Virus record (IMG/VR): IMGVR_UViG_3300022885_000008
Length of the DNA stretch: 64,000 bases
Reading direction: 5' to 3' (one strand)
From: an uncultured virus (IMG/VR IMGVR_UViG_3300022885_000008)
Taxonomy: Duplodnaviria > Heunggongvirae > Uroviricota > Caudoviricetes
Of the stretch, positions 27,904 to 39,531 are shown one piece after another. Below the pieces are notes generated by a model. The model had not been told where the DNA came from. It searched no databases and saw only the letters and a list, made by a program, of their open reading frames with translations. Made by a program: the position numbers and the translations under genes. Positions within the stretch are counted from its first letter, which is position 1, and each line of letters begins with the position of its first letter.

Positions 27904-28324
27904 TGATGAAAGTTTTATCGAATTCTTGGCCCTCATATGGCCCAGTCTTATATTCCAACACCCGTGTACCGTCTTCCAATATCAAATAATTGTGGCCACC
28001 CTCTAAAGTAAAACTGGCGTCAAACTGATTCAATATCATCTTACACAAAACACCATCATCCAAATCATAGAAAGTACATTCAACTTTACCACGTAATACT
28101 ACCCAAGATTCCTGAGCAATCTGATCTGTATATGAACGATGCTTCTTTATATGTCGGTGCGGAACGAATGTTTTACCTTCTCCCATACCAAGTACGGAAC
28201 ACTGTAGGAAATTTTCGCCTGATATAATATCTAATCTTCCATCATATTTAGAATCAAGTACATCGGTAATTACCATGTGCAATAGCTTACCCGGTTCTAC
28301 CGCTGAATATATTTTGTTAATCAT
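27893..28324 (-). CDS. cupin-fold (WbuC-like) protein
   Basis: PHRH...QE.WVVLRG...GGH...EYKTGPY. Confidence 0.75.
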   Translation of the reverse strand: MINKIYSAVEPGKLLHMVITDVLDSKYDGRLDIISGENFLQCSVLGMGEGKTFVPHRHIKKHRSYTDQIAQESWVVLRGKVECTFYDLDDGVLCKMILNQFDASFTLEGGHNYLILEDGTRVLEYKTGPYEGQEFDKTFINEQ

Positions 28325-28944
28325 AACGTATTATAAAATTCGTTTTGGCGTTCTTGTCTATTAATATCCTTAGCGTGAAATAACGAATATTCTGTTTCGG
28401 TAGGTAGGAATGCATATGATGCAGCGCCTATTATTCGTTCATGTACGTGATTCGTCCATTGTATTGAATCCTTATTTCTATAGATTCTACTTTGAAAGTC
28501 AGGAAAATTGACTCTACCCTGATCATCTTGTATCCATCCCCATTTACGAATATGATGTGGAGTTATACCTTTAACAATATTTACCCGGGGAACCCACAGT
28601 AAATCGGTTGCTTCATTTTCAACCAAAATACCTGGCAAGACTTCCAATAAATGTTCATCTGGAACTTCATCGGCATCAATTTGAAAAATCCAATCACCGT
28701 TACACATTGAATTCAAATAATTCTTCTGGTCCGCAAAAGAGCCTTCAAACGGTCGCTCATACCACATATATTCCGAATTAACAGAATGTGATCGTAAGTA
28801 TTCTTCTACGTATTCATGGCCGTTTTTTGAATCATATAAAACTACAATTTCATCTTCGGAACGCTTGTTGTCTAATAAATGAGTAATCAAATGCTGTATT
28901 TGATGTAGTTCATCTTTGACCGGAATTGCATAACTAATCTTCAT
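28321..28944 (-). CDS. glycosyltransferase family 2
   Basis: ISYAIPV, WIFQIDADE, VHE. Confidence 0.88.
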   Translation of the reverse strand: MKISYAIPVKDELHQIQHLITHLLDNKRSEDEIVVLYDSKNGHEYVEEYLRSHSVNSEYMWYERPFEGSFADQKNYLNSMCNGDWIFQIDADEVPDEHLLEVLPGILVENEATDLLWVPRVNIVKGITPHHIRKWGWIQDDQGRVNFPDFQSRIYRNKDSIQWTNHVHERIIGAASYAFLPTETEYSLFHAKDINRQERQNEFYNTL

Positions 28945-29422
28945 TACTGTCTACTTTAATTGGCTCGGGAGCAGCACATGGGTATTTATTTTCTAATTCT
29001 TTGCCGAATTTATATTCTATTACCGATGAATTTTTAAATGAATCTGTTAGTAAAGTTCTATAGGCTTTCTTAACATCTGGAAACCGTGAACTCTTTATTG
29101 TATCTAAATAAAATCGTTGAGTGTTGGTTTCGGTAATGTCTACCATTGGAATTTTAACCATACGCTTGTTGTTAACGCAAACAATACCCAGTTCGGTTAT
29201 TAGCCTTAGAAATACATGGCGGGGAATATCATTCATCTTAATAACATGGCACATGCCCGAATTAATGGGCCAATCTGGACTAAGTACAACCAACATATAT
29301 TTTCTCGCTTCACCTGTTTTGGTATTGTAGTTTGCTTCTACTATCATACCATGTTCAAATTCGGCTGGTGTGATGCGGCTCCGTTTCCGTATATTATACT
29401 GATGTTCAATTAATCGGCTCAT
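28934..29422 (-). CDS. hypothetical protein
   Basis: 162-aa ORF, overlapping coupling to neighbours. Confidence 0.7.
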   Translation of the reverse strand: MSRLIEHQYNIRKRSRITPAEFEHGMIVEANYNTKTGEARKYMLVVLSPDWPINSGMCHVIKMNDIPRHVFLRLITELGIVCVNNKRMVKIPMVDITETNTQRFYLDTIKSSRFPDVKKAYRTLLTDSFKNSSVIEYKFGKELENKYPCAAPEPIKVDSNED

Positions 29423-29882
29423 CGTCGGTATTTATTAAGGTTTGTTGTTCGAAGCTGATATCACCGAGCGAATACCCATTTATGTTTTTAATTGCATCTA
29501 AATGACGCTTGTAATATTTGGCGTTTTTCATATCAGCTTCAGACGTAGATTCATTATCTATTACAGGTGCGTAACACCATTCCCAGCTTTGTAATGTACC
29601 GAGAGGAAAAACTATACCATCGGATGCTTCTACTACAATTGGATACCAATACGATTCACCATCGTCATGTCTCAGATTTTTAATTAATTCTGGAAGTCTA
29701 GCTTCGTATCCATCTTGACCAGTTAGGTTTTCATCTGGATATTTGATATAATTTAAAGGATATTCATTAGTGAAAAATCCACTTTCAATATCATACTTAG
29801 ATTTATTTCCCTGATCGTCGTGTTCGACTAGTACAGATTGTTTATCTGTAAATGGGCTAGTTTCCCATGTTCCGTTTGTCAT
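29406..29882 (-). CDS. hypothetical protein
   Basis: 158-aa ORF. Confidence 0.7.
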   Translation of the reverse strand: MTNGTWETSPFTDKQSVLVEHDDQGNKSKYDIESGFFTNEYPLNYIKYPDENLTGQDGYEARLPELIKNLRHDDGESYWYPIVVEASDGIVFPLGTLQSWEWCYAPVIDNESTSEADMKNAKYYKRHLDAIKNINGYSLGDISFEQQTLINTDDEPIN

Positions 29883-31147
29883 TGTGCTATCTTATTTAAT
29901 TTTGGAAGTTTTAATTCTACTTTCTTTGAAACGTACTTATCTAATATGTCACCGAATTCAACCGTCATGCTTCCGTGATTAAATTGTTCCCTTGATATCA
30001 TTGCTTGCTTTCGCGCATCGACTACATAATCAGAATAACTTTCATACACGGCTTTTAGTATATTACTTGCAGTTGGATAATTAACATAAAACCATTTTGA
30101 TTCCGGAATAATTACATCTTCCCATACTGCTGACGGGTGTACATTTTTTAGTTCACCAGGAAGTAAAACTGATTTTGTTAGGAAATCAATATGACCGGAC
30201 CAATTACTTGCAATTACCGGCTTCTGTGTTACTGAAAATTCTAGTAGTGGCCTCCCAAAACCTTCACCGTGAGTAAAGGAAACCATAGCTTTGATTTTCG
30301 GGTGGTTATACAACCCATTGACTTCAGCGGGAGTTAAGTCACCGTGGAACAGATATACCTTCGGTAGATCCTTTTTTTGATATTTGGATGTAATAGATTC
30401 AATTTGTGCTATCATAGTATTTCTATCGGTAACACTGAATCCTGATCCACTTATTTTAAGTATTAGTGCAGGTCTATTTCTAGGTGCCATACCCTTAAAC
30501 GTTTGAATGAACGTTGATATAGTTCCGCCAATATCCTTTCTATCGTGGGTTAAATCACCTTTCAACCAATGACCCATGACAAGAAAACAAAAGTCTTCGG
30601 GTACTGATTCCATTTGGGTGACAATGGTAACTGGAATATCAGGCGTCTTATGGAATATGTCAGTATTAATACCTTCAAATAAAACTTCAATGGGCGTTTC
30701 AACCTTAAGTTCACCCACTTGTTGCTTAGTATTATTATCTACAATTTGTAGTATAGAATTTACAAATGATGCCTTAGAATGATTGGATGTAGTAATTACC
30801 AAATCCATATTATTACATCCTTCAATCCATTTTTGAGATACTTTATCGGTTTCCATTCCAGCCGTAATACCAATATTAAATTTCCCTTGTTTTTGAAATT
30901 CATTTGGTACTGTCACTTGAATCCATACGTCAGGTTGATTAAGCTGTTGGCCAGGCTGCGCAAATAAATTGGTAATATCAGTATCATTGGTAGTCAACGC
31001 GTTTTTATCGCATGACCCCCATCGCTGATCCATTATCTTTATATCAAATCTATCCAACGCAATTAAACTACGTATAATGTCTCTTGAATGATCGCCGTAT
31101 CCACTTCTACTACTTGCCGGGCAACTTATAACTAATGATTCTTTCAT
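29879..31147 (-). CDS. glycosyltransferase family 4
   Basis: SGYG N-terminal motif; GEGFGRPLLE, WSGHIDF. Confidence 0.88.
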   Translation of the reverse strand: MKESLVISCPASSRSGYGDHSRDIIRSLIALDRFDIKIMDQRWGSCDKNALTTNDTDITNLFAQPGQQLNQPDVWIQVTVPNEFQKQGKFNIGITAGMETDKVSQKWIEGCNNMDLVITTSNHSKASFVNSILQIVDNNTKQQVGELKVETPIEVLFEGINTDIFHKTPDIPVTIVTQMESVPEDFCFLVMGHWLKGDLTHDRKDIGGTISTFIQTFKGMAPRNRPALILKISGSGFSVTDRNTMIAQIESITSKYQKKDLPKVYLFHGDLTPAEVNGLYNHPKIKAMVSFTHGEGFGRPLLEFSVTQKPVIASNWSGHIDFLTKSVLLPGELKNVHPSAVWEDVIIPESKWFYVNYPTASNILKAVYESYSDYVVDARKQAMISREQFNHGSMTVEFGDILDKYVSKKVELKLPKLNKIAQ

Positions 31148-31160
31148 TTAATTTTTTGTT

Positions 31161-31703
31161 TTAATCTAATTTGATATTAATTCTGTATTCTTGTCCATCC
31201 GGTACGGAATAAATAGCGTACTGTGGCGTCGCCTGAAATTCATTGAAATTAATCTGGTTGAGTATATCGATATATTTTTTTCCCGTTCCAGGTGTTAGAT
31301 ATGCTATAGTCATGTGAGGATGATAATCAGGAAACTTAGTCGTATGTGGTAATTTTCCCAGCGCTTTATTTGTTTCATTTAAGTTGGCACCCTTTACATC
31401 AAACTTAAGTACATCATAAAATTCACTACTGAAAGTAGATGGATTGTGTAGCCTACACGATGAATATGTGTAATCATCAAGTACTGATTCTACTTGGTGT
31501 TTACTTACACCATCATGTAATCCATATAACAGCGTAGCGTGCGGGTGTACTTCTAGCCCATACGTGTCACCGTTCGGCTCTTCAAATACGTCATTAGTAG
31601 CAATCATATCATGAATACGTTTCATTTCTGGAAATGAAAAATACAACATAGCGCAACCGAATGAATATTCTGCTTCCGCCAATAAACTTCTAAGTGATAT
31701 CAT
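31161..31703 (-). CDS. acb1: Acb1/T4 57B-like 2H phosphoesterase (anti-CBASS nuclease candidate)
   Basis: PHATLLYG and YHPHMTIAY 2H motifs. Confidence 0.75.
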   Translation of the reverse strand: MISLRSLLAEAEYSFGCAMLYFSFPEMKRIHDMIATNDVFEEPNGDTYGLEVHPHATLLYGLHDGVSKHQVESVLDDYTYSSCRLHNPSTFSSEFYDVLKFDVKGANLNETNKALGKLPHTTKFPDYHPHMTIAYLTPGTGKKYIDILNQINFNEFQATPQYAIYSVPDGQEYRINIKLD

Positions 31704-33220
31704 AGTAACGTACAATTTGTATAGGTAACATCTTCTTTATGTGATACGTCAATGACCGAAAATTTATTTCTTGGATGAAATCTATCCATACACATATCCA
31801 ACGAATAAACGGTTCTACTACACATATTTTCTTTTGTAAACCCGTTTTTAATTGACCATGATCTTCCAGCTGCTCCTGCTTTAATTCTATGGTCATCACC
31901 TTTCAAGTACCAATACTTCAGGCCATCACGTAGCGATGTAATAGGAGCAATCGAATCATATATATATGGCGTTGCGGGTGAACCTTGTAAATTATAAATT
32001 GGCCATAACGGATATACCCAATTTCCATGTTCGGTTGTGATGTTACCCGAACTATTACTAGCTACTGCATCGGTGAAATCATTAACCGTAAGTTCCTTAC
32101 CGTCTTTAGTAAATCCCATTTGGTCCTGTAACCCACCGATGACGGTAGCTATGGTAGGTGTTCCTGCCATTAATGATTCCATATGTGATAATCCAAATCC
32201 TTCAGCGGACGATGGATTACAGGTAACATCGGCCAGATTATACAGACAATTTAACTCGGTAGTACTTATCTTTCGATTACTGAATATGATATTTACATCG
32301 GGTGCAAGTGCCTGTGCGACTGCTGGTAAATCTGTACCATGTTGGTCAACGGGGTCGGTGTGCATCAACAGGTAACAATCACTTCGTTGTTCTTCGGGAA
32401 GACTATCAACCATTAATTTAAATGCCAATATCAAATTAGACGGGCATTTCCGTCTTACATTTCTACTATTAAAAAATGCTACGAATTTTGGATCTTTATT
32501 TCCAAATATTGCCTGCTTAACTTTGGCCAGCGTAGGGTCTGTAGATTTAAGTGGTGTAAACGTATCTGTATCAATACCATGCGGTACATATGTTAATAAT
32601 GGTATGGGTCTCCACGGTGCTTCCTGCCCAGTATTACCAACCAATTTCATTCTATTGACATCATCAGTTTTATCTTCTGATTCATAGTAGCCATGGCCTA
32701 GTACCATTCGATTTAAATTGTATGTTTGTTTTGATATAGCCATTAATAAATCACATGATTCATATGCGTTACGATTCCAATGTGGTGCCGGTAAATCATC
32801 CCATATATTAAGATATGCAATTGGAATAGTTTGCCTAATTTCATGTTCCATGTTGTACAGCCAGTCCCAAAATCTGGGGTCTGTAAAGTGAACAATGATA
32901 TCAGGCTTTTCAATTAACAATATTTGTCTTAGAACATCAGGGTTACCATATCCACTAGCACAATATACTTTGACCGAAGCATCACCTACACCCGTTACAG
33001 TAGCTGCATCTTGGCTCATATCAAACACCTTACCTTGATCTTGATGATTAATTGCTCCACCAATCTGAACCCAATCATACGTGGCCACGGTTCCGTATAC
33101 CATTTCTCTGGACATAGTTCCTACTCCAGATGGTAATCTAATATCATCCGATAATAGTAATACTTTTTTCTTTGGAGGCTTAGATGTATCTACTTTTCGT
33201 AACTTAGGTAACTTATTCAT
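31700..33220 (-). CDS. glycosyltransferase family 4
   Basis: VPHGID, RNVRRK, EGFGLSHMES. Confidence 0.88.
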   Translation of the reverse strand: MNKLPKLRKVDTSKPPKKKVLLLSDDIRLPSGVGTMSREMVYGTVATYDWVQIGGAINHQDQGKVFDMSQDAATVTGVGDASVKVYCASGYGNPDVLRQILLIEKPDIIVHFTDPRFWDWLYNMEHEIRQTIPIAYLNIWDDLPAPHWNRNAYESCDLLMAISKQTYNLNRMVLGHGYYESEDKTDDVNRMKLVGNTGQEAPWRPIPLLTYVPHGIDTDTFTPLKSTDPTLAKVKQAIFGNKDPKFVAFFNSRNVRRKCPSNLILAFKLMVDSLPEEQRSDCYLLMHTDPVDQHGTDLPAVAQALAPDVNIIFSNRKISTTELNCLYNLADVTCNPSSAEGFGLSHMESLMAGTPTIATVIGGLQDQMGFTKDGKELTVNDFTDAVASNSSGNITTEHGNWVYPLWPIYNLQGSPATPYIYDSIAPITSLRDGLKYWYLKGDDHRIKAGAAGRSWSIKNGFTKENMCSRTVYSLDMCMDRFHPRNKFSVIDVSHKEDVTYTNCTLL

Positions 33221-33246
33221 TTATTATAACTTTATTATAAATATCG

Positions 33247-33672
33247 CTAATATACAATAACGACTGGTTTATTTAATTTTTTTGTCTTATTTATTATATC
33301 GATTATTCCTTTATTCGAGTCACCTTTATCGATGAACACCATTAAATAATCGATATGCTTACAAAACATATCGTTTCTGTGAAATATATATCTTGGGCTG
33401 TATTCCTTCCCGTAATAGTTTTCATGACAGGCGGAATATAAATTAGCATTTGTATATGCCGGATTAAATTCTTTATAGTTACATTCAAGTTCAAGACAAA
33501 ACTTCTTAGCCATCTTATCGGCTCCGTCTTTATTTCCCGTTGACACTATTTGTAGTTCGCTGCCGAATCGTCCTTTCATTTTCCAAATACTATCCTTTAT
33601 TTTACGTCTATTCTGCCATCCCAAACTACCAACTATTCCGACTCTGGTTTGATTCTGCTTCCTTTTGGACAT
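33247..33672 (-). CDS. SLOG/YspA-like protein
   Basis: VGIVGS, GAD..A, RN motif. Confidence 0.65.
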   Translation of the reverse strand: MSKRKQNQTRVGIVGSLGWQNRRKIKDSIWKMKGRFGSELQIVSTGNKDGADKMAKKFCLELECNYKEFNPAYTNANLYSACHENYYGKEYSPRYIFHRNDMFCKHIDYLMVFIDKGDSNKGIIDIINKTKKLNKPVVIVY

Positions 33673-34562
33673 AATTCATAGTTGTCTTTAAATGCGCAAA
33701 ATTTACAGCCGGTTTTCCATGCTGGATATTCCGCTTCTTTATTGTGTTTTCCTGTTTCTAAAAATGCCGTGGATATAAAAGAATTAAACTTTCGCTTTGT
33801 TCTATTCATACTTACCGACCCATGAGCCGGCCTAAACTGTTGAATACGTGATTGCGGAAAATCAGTATTTTCATATAACTTCCTCTTTACTATGAAATAT
33901 TCAACTAAAATAGAATTAGCATCTATACCCAATTGCTTAGAATAATGTTCTTTATAAAGTCTAATTTGGTCGCCTTCAATCTTTTTTCTTGCCGGCTTCC
34001 ATCCATAGAATGAAGATTTAATATCATATAGTACTACGTTATCACCTTCTTGCATTATAATATCTACAAATCCAATGAACGATACATTATCGTTACTTTC
34101 AACGGGTTGTAATATTGGAACTTCAATTCCAATTAATTTGCAATTACGTTTACCAAAGTATTTAGCGCGCTTCTTTAAAAAGAAATCTAATATTTCAATA
34201 CCATCGTAATAACATTCCTTCAGATCATCGGACGTAAGGAAATGTACACCTGTTTTTTCATATTCGGTATTGTATTCACGTATCAATACTGCTTGCATCA
34301 TTTGATGTAAGCCAAGTTTATTAGCTTCCTTTATAGAAGATTCATACATGACTGTTAAGTAGTGTTGAAGACATTCGTGTATAGCCGTGCCAAATATACT
34401 AAACACATTTGCATCAAATGACTTATGCTTGTCTATGTACGTTAGCTTCCATTGTCTGGGACAAGTCCTATACATATTAAACTGGCTATAGCTTACCGGG
34501 GTTTTACCCTGTTTGTAGGCAGCTATAGCCAGTTCCTTCGGAGATTTGTAACCTTTATTCAT
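33633..34562 (-). CDS. PD-(D/E)XK exonuclease (RecB/Cas4-like)
   Basis: SYSQ...CP, FGTAIH, GFVD, YDIK, Q..LY, CKFC...C. Confidence 0.88.
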   Translation of the reverse strand: MNKGYKSPKELAIAAYKQGKTPVSYSQFNMYRTCPRQWKLTYIDKHKSFDANVFSIFGTAIHECLQHYLTVMYESSIKEANKLGLHQMMQAVLIREYNTEYEKTGVHFLTSDDLKECYYDGIEILDFFLKKRAKYFGKRNCKLIGIEVPILQPVESNDNVSFIGFVDIIMQEGDNVVLYDIKSSFYGWKPARKKIEGDQIRLYKEHYSKQLGIDANSILVEYFIVKRKLYENTDFPQSRIQQFRPAHGSVSMNRTKRKFNSFISTAFLETGKHNKEAEYPAWKTGCKFCAFKDNYELCPKGSRIKPESE

Positions 34563-34601
34563 TACAGTAATATAGTAATAAATTATGACATTACCAAATA
34601 A

Positions 34602-35264
34602 TTACTTACCCCATTTTCCAGTATTTACTAATCTAGCGATAATTCCATACACAGATAAATCTTCATATGTATCATCGATAGCCTCACCCACTTCGTCTGG
34701 TTGCCCCATCACTACAAGTTGTTTGATACGTTGAATTTTATCATTCATTCTAAAAAATAGGCCTGTCAATGATAATTTTATATCTTCCGGCGTTGTCAAT
34801 GGGGTTCCCACTGATATATTTGCTGGGCCGTAATTCCGTTGCTTTTTACAAAACGTGACGTACATTTCATCTTGTAATCGCTTGAATTCAGTTGTACATA
34901 ATGGATACATTCGTTCACAATATTCTATAGCTGTTTCGTTTCGTGTAAGCGCCAGAGTATCCGGTGTATCACGTACATATGGATTTGGTTCACTGACAGT
35001 AACTGGGTAATCGCCATACGGATCAAGAATAGGCAACATTGGCCGAGCTCCTGGAATTGTTGGTCTTGGAGGCCACGTGGTCCAATCCACGTAATGATAC
35101 CACGTAGATAAATCCCGCGTTTTGTTTACACTTGGCCCTTCGTTACTCCGGCCCAGGGCTTCGGCCACTCTATCTTCAGTTGAGTCTTGAGCAACGGGAG
35201 TATTTTCAGTTTTATCGGTTCCACGAGTACCACATGGTACTACAACCTTTTTTTCGTCTGACAT
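34602..35264 (-). CDS. DUF1599 nucleotide-modification-associated domain protein
   Basis: KKQRNYG..NI, RMNDK..R, DLSVYGII. Confidence 0.75.
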   Translation of the reverse strand: MSDEKKVVVPCGTRGTDKTENTPVAQDSTEDRVAEALGRSNEGPSVNKTRDLSTWYHYVDWTTWPPRPTIPGARPMLPILDPYGDYPVTVSEPNPYVRDTPDTLALTRNETAIEYCERMYPLCTTEFKRLQDEMYVTFCKKQRNYGPANISVGTPLTTPEDIKLSLTGLFFRMNDKIQRIKQLVVMGQPDEVGEAIDDTYEDLSVYGIIARLVNTGKWGK

Positions 35265-35268
35265 ATTA

Positions 35269-35529
35269 TTACGTTTTTGGTAAAAATTCTTTTCCGATTT
35301 CATTACATTCATCACATTTAAACACCTGTAGTGGAATCATTCGTTCCTTTCCATCCGGTGACATAACTGCCGATAGTGTTTTGAATACAAATGCCTGAAC
35401 AAATGTTTGATTTCCACAGTTATTACATGTGTAATCAGTTAAATCTTCCGGTTTAATATTGAGTTGTGGTTCCTGTGGTACTGGTGGAGGCGGAGGGCCT
35501 TTACCACCCATGTTAATTGTCTTTCCCAT
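35269..35529 (-). CDS. small zinc-ribbon protein
   Basis: CNNC...CDEC. Confidence 0.75.
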   Translation of the reverse strand: MGKTINMGGKGPPPPPVPQEPQLNIKPEDLTDYTCNNCGNQTFVQAFVFKTLSAVMSPDGKERMIPLQVFKCDECNEIGKEFLPKT

Positions 35530-35531
35530 AA

Positions 35532-37181
<1,650 letters not shown>

Positions 37182-37191
37182 TTATTTTCTT

Positions 37192-37560
37192 TTAAATGTG
37201 CGCGCTGTTGCGGTCTGTCGGAGGCATTGGTGGAGGTGAAGGGTAGTCTGAACTCGATTTGTTTTTCGGTCCTGTTCTGTTTATAATAGACAATAAATCA
37301 GATTCTTGGACTGCCATCAATCCGTCTGTATCTTCCATTACTTTCGCAGATAATTTAGTATACAATACGATATCACCCACAATACACTGCATGTCACCTC
37401 TGGCACCAGACAGTAATAATAATCCAGGACCCACAGCAACTACTTCAGCTGTGTTTACACCTTCATCATTTGTTTCTGGTACTATTACTCCACCGGATGT
37501 AATGTCTTGTTTGGTGGGCTTTATTATTACCCGGCCACCAATGGGAAAAAACTGCTTCAT
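37192..37560 (-). CDS. groS: co-chaperonin GroES
   Basis: P.GGRVII, TSGGVIVP, VVAVGPG. Confidence 0.92.
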   Translation of the reverse strand: MKQFFPIGGRVIIKPTKQDITSGGVIVPETNDEGVNTAEVVAVGPGLLLLSGARGDMQCIVGDIVLYTKLSAKVMEDTDGLMAVQESDLLSIINRTGPKNKSSSDYPSPPPMPPTDRNSAHI

Positions 37561-37592
37561 AACTTATTTTTTATTTACTATTATAAATATCA

Positions 37593-38042
37593 CTACTTTT
37601 TCTTAAAGCTCGTGAGCTTGGTTATTTTTTTCTTATCAAGACCATACGCCTGTAAGATAGATTTTACATCATCCTTATCCATTATTTCTAAATATTGAAT
37701 CACTTCGCGTGATGAAACTTTATACCATTTAATGAGGTAATCAATCAGTTCACTATCATACTTAGATGTACCCTTTCCTTTAATGTATTTGTCATACGTT
37801 TTTACTTTGGGTAAGAAATCATAATAAACTTTATATACATCTCTTGGTTCTAATAATCCAATGGAAAATATTTGAAATTCATTTACGAATTCAATTAAGT
37901 CCTGGTTCATACTTAGAAATCTATTTATAAGAAATGGACTAAACGATTTTTTATCCAACTCACTTAAGGTATTCCAAGGTACTTTCTTATCCTTTATACC
38001 TGCTAAGTGTTCGAAGATTGTTTTTGGTTTCGTTGTACTCAT
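37593..38042 (-). CDS. clamp loader small subunit (T4 gp62-like)
   Basis: FSPFLINRFLS motif; adjacent to the large subunit. Confidence 0.7.
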   Translation of the reverse strand: MSTTKPKTIFEHLAGIKDKKVPWNTLSELDKKSFSPFLINRFLSMNQDLIEFVNEFQIFSIGLLEPRDVYKVYYDFLPKVKTYDKYIKGKGTSKYDSELIDYLIKWYKVSSREVIQYLEIMDKDDVKSILQAYGLDKKKITKLTSFKKK

Positions 38043-38163
38043 TTTATATATTTACGTAGCTTAGCCTTTACAATATAGTAAATCATTGGGACAAATCCAA
38101 ATAAACTTAGTAAAGAAAAATGTGGTTCTCCGCATGTACCTAAAATGTGGTGTATAATATGCA

Positions 38164-39093
38164 TTAGTTTATAATATCTAAGATTCCCATAATGGTTGCC
38201 ATTATATTAATTTCTGAGTCCACTACAAAGCTATCTTTATATTGGCCATCAGCCAACTTAATAATTACTTCACCTTGTTTTTGTGGAGCATACTGATCTA
38301 CATTGTCATAAAGAAACTTAAAGAATTGAGTAAAGTCCTTAACCTTACTATCAGCTATAGTCTGTCTTATAAGTACAAACTTATTTTCAGTACTTGCCTT
38401 AGATGTTAGGTGAATCAAACATTCATTCATGTAATTTGCCTGAATGATAGATTGCTTATCTATTGTCAACTTACCATTTATTATTTGACTTTGTGCCGAT
38501 CCCAATATACGTCTTATGTCAGGGTATCCATTATTAACAATAGACACTACATCCGCATTGTCAAAGGATACTCCTTCTGCGCTGAGGATGGACACGAGCC
38601 TCTTAGCCACGTCTGCTTTGTTAGGAGGTGTTATGGCAAATGATTGGCATCTACTCTGTATAGGGTCTATAATTTTTTCAACGTAATTACATGTAAGAAT
38701 GAAACGTGTAGTTTTTGAAAAAGTTTCCATTAAATTACGAAGGGCTGCTTGGCCGTTCGGAGTCATATAATCACTTTCATCAAGAATACAAATCTTCCAC
38801 TTTCTGAATCCCATTGAACTGGCAAAGTTTTTGATTTTGGTTCTTACCGTGTCTACGTTGTTTTCGTCAGACGCATTTATATAAAGTACATCCGCGTCAA
38901 TTGAATTAGATATAATTTTGGCTAGTGTAGTTTTGCCAGTTCCAGCTTGACCATACAATAATAAATGAGGTACGTCTCCCGATTCAATATATACTTTAAC
39001 TTTACTTTTCAGTAATTCATTACCTACATATCCGTCCAAATCGGCGGGACGATATTTTTCTATAAATAACGTATGTTCTGTATTTCCTATCAT
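38164..39093 (-). CDS. clamp loader ATPase subunit (RFC/T4 gp44-like)
   Basis: EKYRP, GQAGTGKT, NASD, LDESD, SRC. Confidence 0.95.
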   Translation of the reverse strand: MIGNTEHTLFIEKYRPADLDGYVGNELLKSKVKVYIESGDVPHLLLYGQAGTGKTTLAKIISNSIDADVLYINASDENNVDTVRTKIKNFASSMGFRKWKICILDESDYMTPNGQAALRNLMETFSKTTRFILTCNYVEKIIDPIQSRCQSFAITPPNKADVAKRLVSILSAEGVSFDNADVVSIVNNGYPDIRRILGSAQSQIINGKLTIDKQSIIQANYMNECLIHLTSKASTENKFVLIRQTIADSKVKDFTQFFKFLYDNVDQYAPQKQGEVIIKLADGQYKDSFVVDSEINIMATIMGILDIIN

Positions 39094-39524
39094 TATTCTC
39101 CAGTTGAACCGAATCCACCTTCACCACGTTCCGTATCTTCAAGTTCTTCAACCTCTTCAAATTCTACGGACGGAATTGGCATAATTACAAGTTGACCTAT
39201 TCTATCACCTACTTTATAAATTTCAGCTTCTCTGTCACCCCAGAAACGAAGCATTAATTCACCTCTGTAACCACTATCAATAACACCAACACAATTAGAT
39301 AACACCAATTGCTTTTTATATATTGAACTTCTGGGATATATCAGACCAACGTATCCAATCGGAATTTCTATTGCTATGCCGGTTCCATATCGTATAATTG
39401 AATTCAATTCATGTTCTATCGATGTGGCAGTTAAATCTGATCCGGCATCACCTGGATTTGCAATTGTAGGAATTACTGCCTTATCGTGCAGCTTCTTGAA
39501 TTTGACTTTCAATTTCGTTTTCAT
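39093..39524 (-). CDS. dut: trimeric dUTPase
   Basis: AGSDL, PRSS, GVIDSGYRGE, RGEGGFGSTG. Confidence 0.96.
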   Translation of the reverse strand: MKTKLKVKFKKLHDKAVIPTIANPGDAGSDLTATSIEHELNSIIRYGTGIAIEIPIGYVGLIYPRSSIYKKQLVLSNCVGVIDSGYRGELMLRFWGDREAEIYKVGDRIGQLVIMPIPSVEFEEVEELEDTERGEGGFGSTGE

Positions 39525-39531
39525 AATTTTA

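Noticed and set aside
33633..34562. CRISPR-associated Cas4
   Set aside because: No cas1/cas2 or array; stand-alone phage exonucleases of this type are common
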